Positions 59,287-64,000 of a DNA stretch of 64,000 bases are shown here, piece after piece (the first letter of the stretch is position 1; every line of letters begins with the position of its first letter). The notes beneath the pieces were generated by a model that was not told where the DNA came from, ran no database searches, and was given only the letters and a program-made list of their open reading frames with translations. Both the position numbers and the translations under genes were made by a program. Origin of the DNA: Candidatus Latescibacterota bacterium (GTDB lineage Bacteria > Latescibacterota > UBA2968 > GCA-2709665); assembly GCA_965219995.1 (NCBI GenBank), contig CBDCOX010000002.1:1472001-1536000 (forward strand), written 5' to 3'.

Positions 59287-60153
59287 TCACCCGCTGATTG
59301 TCAGCGACAATCCGTCAAATGCAATCCGGTATCCGTTTGCCGCGGCAAACCGGTCGAGTTCGTCGTGTTCCAGGTATCCTTCGTGAGAAATATGGGTCGC
59401 GTAAACCCGCGCGCCGTCCTTGAGAAGACGGTTTCGGCGAAACCGCTCGACGTGGTCAATGACGTCGACGGATGCCAGATGATCCGGCGGACTTGCGTCG
59501 ATCCCGACGCCGTACGTGTGATCGAGGACCAGCAGATCGAACCGTGTGCCGGCAGACAGCAGATGCTCCCACACCTGCTCCGAAAGGACCGAGGTATCGG
59601 TACCGTAAAATATGGCATGGGTGTCTTGTTCGATCGCGTAAAGCAGGGCCCCCTCAACGGATCCGTGGTTCGCGGGATACCCTGTAATCGAATATCTGCC
59701 GACCGCGTGTTTCCTGAACGGCTCGAAGATTACCGTCTCGATCCTCAGTACAAGCTGCGTCTGGCGATCGAAGATGCTCCCGTACTCGCTTCTCCGCGCC
59801 AGGTCCTCGTCAATGGACCTCAGCGTATCGATTGAACCGGCCAGAATCATATCCTTCGCGACGACCGTCCCGTAATCACCGTGCCTGGACATCAGAAACT
59901 CGGGGTCGTAGTGGTCCTCATGGGTGTGGGTCATGAGACAGACGTCGATTCCTGTGAGACAGACGTCGTGATCAAATGACGCGCTGACGACGTCCGGACC
60001 GATATCCACCAGCAAATCGTCGTTCACGATAATGGACGACCGCCTGCGAAGATTCTTTCCGCCCATCCGCCTCGCGCACTTGCAGGCCTGACACACGCAG
60101 AAGGGGCTTGGCACGGAAGGTGCCGCCGATGTGCCGAGAAATGTGACTTGCAT
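59287..60153 (-). CDS. Metallo-beta-lactamase-fold hydrolase (PhnP-like)
   Basis: FLGTSAA..P..FC.C..C, THTHEDH, ANH, DT, THISH. Confidence 0.88.
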   Translation of the reverse strand: MQVTFLGTSAAPSVPSPFCVCQACKCARRMGGKNLRRRSSIIVNDDLLVDIGPDVVSASFDHDVCLTGIDVCLMTHTHEDHYDPEFLMSRHGDYGTVVAKDMILAGSIDTLRSIDEDLARRSEYGSIFDRQTQLVLRIETVIFEPFRKHAVGRYSITGYPANHGSVEGALLYAIEQDTHAIFYGTDTSVLSEQVWEHLLSAGTRFDLLVLDHTYGVGIDASPPDHLASVDVIDHVERFRRNRLLKDGARVYATHISHEGYLEHDELDRFAAANGYRIAFDGLSLTISG

Positions 60154-60187
60154 CGGTAATCCGTACTCCATCGTGGAGCATCCCGAA

Positions 60188-61090
60188 TCACCCCAGATGC
60201 TCCGTCCTCAGTTCCCGGGACCACTCGAAGTAATCGTACAGCCGCACCAGCTCGAATTCATCGACGATATCGGCTGCGGTGCGCTCCTCAGACTCGCTGT
60301 AAATCACCGACGTGCCCACCTCCCCGGTGATGACAATGCGCACGGCCTCGCCGTATTTCCGGTGTATATCGTCGAACCTGGCGCGATTCTTGTCGAGATG
60401 CACCACTTCGAAGTCCAGATTGATGCGGGCGGAAGCCCAGCTTCTATAGTTATTGCTCCTGTCCAGGGTGGTCCCCTGCGGATCGATGATGGTGCATTGC
60501 GTACTCCTGTACACCGAGCCGACGAAATAGGCCTGCACGTCCAGAGCCCAGAAGTTCTGCACCAGCCCGCCGTGATACATGGAGCTGAAGAGCAGCAATT
60601 TGGGCCTCAGCTTCTTGTACTGGTCCCGCAATTCACCGAAGTTCAGATCGAAACAGATCACCCCGCCTACCGGCCCGAATTCGGTCCGGATCAGGGTCGC
60701 GCCGGGACCCGGCCGGGTGCCGCGGTCGAATTCCGGATAGACCGGAATGTATTTGCGGTAGATCCCGGCCAGTTCGCCCTGCCTGTCGAGCAACCCGAGG
60801 ACATTGAAGACCGCCTCGCTCTTGGGTTCCTTCTGATGCACCGGCACGGTAATATAGCAGCCGTATTCCCGGGCCAGTCCGGCCAGGAGTCGGGTCGTCG
60901 GTCCCTCGGGCACGTCTTCGACGCAGGTCCCGCAGATGGTCTCGGGGAGGACGATCAGATCGGGCGTGGTGGCCCGCGCGACCTGCCCCACCAGGTCCGT
61001 CAGGTCCTTGTGGGTCTGCTCCATCACCTTCTCGTCTTCGCCACCTATCGGGGCGTAGGAAACGCTCGACACGACGATGTAATTGCTCAT
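60188..61090 (-). CDS. Carbon-nitrogen hydrolase (nitrilase superfamily)
   Basis: LPE, YRK and ICFD (E-K-C triad). Confidence 0.9.
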   Translation of the reverse strand: MSNYIVVSSVSYAPIGGEDEKVMEQTHKDLTDLVGQVARATTPDLIVLPETICGTCVEDVPEGPTTRLLAGLAREYGCYITVPVHQKEPKSEAVFNVLGLLDRQGELAGIYRKYIPVYPEFDRGTRPGPGATLIRTEFGPVGGVICFDLNFGELRDQYKKLRPKLLLFSSMYHGGLVQNFWALDVQAYFVGSVYRSTQCTIIDPQGTTLDRSNNYRSWASARINLDFEVVHLDKNRARFDDIHRKYGEAVRIVITGEVGTSVIYSESEERTAADIVDEFELVRLYDYFEWSRELRTEHLG

Positions 61091-61181
61091 GGGGTTTCCT
61101 TTCGTTAATCGACTCGTGTGGCCCGAGAACCGTGCTCCGACAGGGGTGTCTTTATGTGGACTGCGCGTCGGACAATCTCGA

Positions 61182-61547
61182 TCACCCTTCCGCCGGAGCA
61201 TCACGTTCGCCGACCCACACTTTGTTGCCGTCGGGATCGTGAACTCGAAATTCCGTCATGTCGTAAAATGTCACGCCGATAGGTTCGGGATCGAAACCAG
61301 CGGCGATCAGACGGTCCCGAACCCCTTCAATATCCGACGTATAGTAGTAAACGACGGTGGAGGCGTTCGATTCCGTGCGAATCGAACGGTCGATCATCAC
61401 CTGGCAGCCATGGTCGCCTCCCAGGATGGCGTGACCCCAATCGTCTCTGCGACGGATGACCTGCAGGCCCAATCCCTTCGCATAGAAGTCCAACGCCCGA
61501 TCCAGATCGGTTATTGGAACCATCGAGGTGATACGATGTATGCTCAA
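61182..61547 (-). CDS. VOC/glyoxalase family protein
   Basis: DLDRALDFY..GLG, EF.V.DPDGN. Confidence 0.88.
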   Translation of the reverse strand: MSIHRITSMVPITDLDRALDFYAKGLGLQVIRRRDDWGHAILGGDHGCQVMIDRSIRTESNASTVVYYYTSDIEGVRDRLIAAGFDPEPIGVTFYDMTEFRVHDPDGNKVWVGERDAPAEG

Positions 61548-61627
61548 TGCTTTGCCTCCCAGCCAAAAATACAGCCCATCAAGGGCTTCAATTCATTGAA
61601 TCGCCATACCTTGATGCCAGCCACCAA

Positions 61628-62572
61628 TCAGCGTGCGGCATCCCACTCTCGTGCGTTGCCTTCATCACCGGATAAATTAAAGTAGCTCCGTAATCGAGCA
61701 TAAGCCTCCAGTTTGTATTCAGCAGGGAAACAATGGCCGCATTCTTGTACGGCAAGAAGAAGATGATCGGACAGCCCGAAGGGTTCATAGAACTCGCGCC
61801 GGGCGTCGTCGAAATAGCTTTGGATCCGTTCAATGGTTTCCGCGTCCTTTTCCAGGGACTGTAACACCGTCATCAGATATCGTGGCGCGATCGGAAACAG
61901 GTTCTTTTCCGTAACCCGCCCCGTCACAAGTCCAACGCGGACCCTCGGATCCCGAGCCATCGTATTCGCGGCCTGCGCCGAACCCATTGAGTGGCCAATC
62001 ACGCCAATGCGATCCGAATCGACAAGTTCGAGCCCATCAAGAACATCAACGGCCCGTATCCCGTCATATGCCTGTTTGATCCAGAATGGTCTTCCCAACG
62101 GGTCGCTCAATATCCGGTGGCAATGCTTGTTTTCAAAGGGATGTCTGACGGCAGGAATATGGCGTTCGCCGCAATTGATCGCTTCCGGCGCAAGGACGAC
62201 AAATCCCTGGATGACAAGCTCATAACCATACGCCTGATCGGGGCGTTGGACGGCTCTGCCGACAACTGCATCCTTTGCGATAATACAGTCGGTGTTGCAC
62301 TGATGGAAGGCAACCATCGCCGGATAGGGCGGCGCGTATCGCTCGTCTCTCGGAATCAAAAGGTATGCCGGTACGTTTCTACCGGATGACTCAGGCATCG
62401 TTTCTTCGGTTTCAACACAATATTCGATCTTCCATTCTTCGTATACATGATCCCGATCAGACCGATATTGCCTGTCCACAATGTTAATCTCCAGCGGAGG
62501 AGGGTCAGGATATTCAGCCAATTCATCGTCGATCTGCTTCAGGAATTGCTCACGTTTTTCTTGCAGCGACAT
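61628..62572 (-). CDS. Dienelactone-hydrolase-like alpha/beta hydrolase
   Basis: PAYLLIP, G.VVLAP, RIGVIGHSMG, GHCF. Confidence 0.85.
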   Translation of the reverse strand: MSLQEKREQFLKQIDDELAEYPDPPPLEINIVDRQYRSDRDHVYEEWKIEYCVETEETMPESSGRNVPAYLLIPRDERYAPPYPAMVAFHQCNTDCIIAKDAVVGRAVQRPDQAYGYELVIQGFVVLAPEAINCGERHIPAVRHPFENKHCHRILSDPLGRPFWIKQAYDGIRAVDVLDGLELVDSDRIGVIGHSMGSAQAANTMARDPRVRVGLVTGRVTEKNLFPIAPRYLMTVLQSLEKDAETIERIQSYFDDARREFYEPFGLSDHLLLAVQECGHCFPAEYKLEAYARLRSYFNLSGDEGNAREWDAAR

Positions 62573-62643
62573 GATCGTCGGATTCCTTTATTGCTTTGGA
62601 TTCTGTAACGAGAAAGTTCATCAGCGCGGGCTTGTTTGCCCGT

Positions 62644-63231
62644 TTATCGAAAGCCGCGCCGCAAGCGGATTTGGCGCCCGCCATCCCGTGTGCCTCCGTC
62701 GCGTCTCCAACCCGTGGCCTCGTAGAATGCGATCCCCCGCTCGTAGCCCTCGACGGTCCACACGACTGCCTCGTCGTAGCCGTCCGTAGCCAGATAACGA
62801 AGAGCGACGGACATCAGTGCTTTCCCAATACCCGTGCGCCAGTAAACCGGACAAATTGCGATCGAATCAAGCTCGCCAAGGCGCGGATCTACCGGGTCCC
62901 GGCTGGGTCCGATCCCGGCGAACCCTGCAATGGAACCCGTGCATTCGGCAACCCACCAACGATGAGGGACAGGTTGCGCAAGATCGTGCCGCCACCGTTC
63001 ATTAAGTTCCGGCGTCACGATTCTATCGGCCCGGGATAGATGCGCGCCAAATCCGGCGTTCCACGACTCGATGTAAATCCGTGTGATAATCTCGACGTCA
63101 GCAGGCGTGGCCGATCGGATCGTCGGTGGGGACTCTCGCACGTTGATATACCCGTGGGATGATGGTGTCTTATTTCGTCCGTAATACGCCGACAGCCCCC
63201 TTCGCTCCAGGCGGTAGAGGGCTGCTGTCAA
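62644..63231 (-). CDS. GNAT N-acetyltransferase (start uncertain)
   Basis: IRSATPAD, P.YWRTGIG, FYEATGW. Confidence 0.82.
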   Translation of the reverse strand: MTAALYRLERRGLSAYYGRNKTPSSHGYINVRESPPTIRSATPADVEIITRIYIESWNAGFGAHLSRADRIVTPELNERWRHDLAQPVPHRWWVAECTGSIAGFAGIGPSRDPVDPRLGELDSIAICPVYWRTGIGKALMSVALRYLATDGYDEAVVWTVEGYERGIAFYEATGWRRDGGTRDGGRQIRLRRGFR

Positions 63232-63261
63232 GGTCGCGCCATCGCCTTGTGTTGCAATTCG

Positions 63262-63447
63262 CTACACCGATGTCTTCGGGCGTGCGCCGCCATAAAAACC
63301 AAGGCGCTCGTCCAGGGACATCTCTTTCGTCTGCAGGTAGTGCACCTGGCGAATAAAATGCATCTCTTGCATCATTCCATCATTTGGAAATTCCTTTCGA
63401 ACTTCCTCCCGGATCATCTCCTTCTCTTCCTGCGTCACTTCCCTCAT
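63262..63447 (-). CDS. Small protein, probable partner (antitoxin) of the PIN protein
   Basis: ATG after GGAG RBS, 10 nt downstream of the PIN stop; helical and charged, 61 aa. Confidence 0.6.
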   Translation of the reverse strand: MREVTQEEKEMIREEVRKEFPNDGMMQEMHFIRQVHYLQTKEMSLDERLGFYGGARPKTSV

Positions 63448-63457
63448 AGCGGGTCTC

Positions 63458-64000
63458 CTACAGTTCGGGCGGGGCGATAATCTCAATCGGCCCGAGGTGT
63501 CCTGTCCCGGAAATATCTCGCCATTCTCCCACCGATTCATCCCGTCTCGCGGCGTTGCCCTCGCTCGCAGACCTTACGCAGGTCGCCTGCGCTCTGGCGC
63601 CTTGCGAGACGGGCGACTCGTCGGCCGAATTCAGGCAATCTATTTCCGGGACAGAACAGTCGCCCTTCAACGCATTAATCAAATTGACTTCTCGTCGTAT
63701 ATTCACGTTTACAAGGTGTGTGAAGTTCCAACTGCAAAAATACCCAATTCCGTTGGTCACCGCAACGGCAACATGATTGCCGTCATCTACATATTTCTGT
63801 GGAAAGACTTCCCTTCCAACGTACTCTTGTGCTAGCGCGTCGGCTTCTTCATCAAACACGAGGACTTTGCAATCCTTTACCAGGTTTTCTAACTGCCATC
63901 TCCTCTCCTCGTCAGGAGTGGCACGAATCTCCAACAAGACAACACTTGAAATTACGACTTCAAAGTCTGGCAGACGTTCATGCCAAAACTGAAGGGTCTG
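63458..64000 (-). CDS. PIN-domain protein (5' end outside window) with a 55-aa in-frame MITE-derived insert
   Basis: S.VVLLEI, DD..HVAVA, SWNFTHLVN, then C-terminal PIEIIAPPEL; frame open to the window edge. Confidence 0.85.
   Translation of the reverse strand, partial: QTLQFWHERLPDFEVVISSVVLLEIRATPDEERRWQLENLVKDCKVLVFDEEADALAQEYVGREVFPQKYVDDGNHVAVAVTNGIGYFCSWNFTHLVNVNIRREVNLINALKGDCSVPEIDCLNSADESPVSQGARAQATCVRSASEGNAARRDESVGEWRDISGTGHLGPIEIIAPPEL
63497..63659. mobile_element. MITE-like palindromic element, copy 2 (in frame within the PIN gene)
   Basis: GTGTCCTGTCCCGGAAATA...TATTTCCGGGACAGAACAG; internal stem CCCGTCTCGC/GCGAGACGGG. Confidence 0.87.

Noticed and set aside
19413-64000. Integron cassette array
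   Set aside because: No integrase and no recurring RYYYAAC...GTTRRRY attC structures seen; many genes overlap or abut.

Overview
A GC-rich bacterial chromosomal segment (standard code) with about 70 CDS and no rRNA, tRNA, CRISPR array, integrase or transposase that I can recognise. The left 19 kb has a rhamnulokinase tail, an EndoQ/PHP-UvrD fusion, two tandem membrane-anchored Cys-rich paralogs, two MNT-HEPN pairs, YhcG, two outer-membrane barrels, a DUF2961 glycosidase, a sulfatase and a Tat-exported sulfite oxidase-family enzyme. From 19.4 kb to the end nearly every gene lies on the minus strand: GNATs, methyltransferases, NUDIX, histidine phosphatases, APH-like kinases, AadE, hydrolases and EamA transporters, interspersed with toxin-antitoxin modules. 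This repertoire is reminiscent of sponge-associated or Latescibacterota/Poribacteria-like genomes (inference only). The most striking unannotated signals are: (1) a ~24% GC array of ten 14-bp units that multiplies the palindromic operator of an orphan higA promoter (27161-27317); (2) a ~163-bp palindromic MITE inserted into two genes, once in frame (adding 55 aa to a PIN protein) and once causing a frameshift; (3) a duplicated 132-nt structured-RNA-like element, one copy next to an H-type pseudoknot; (4) several nested, heptameric and nonameric repeat families. All calls were made by eye, without database searches.
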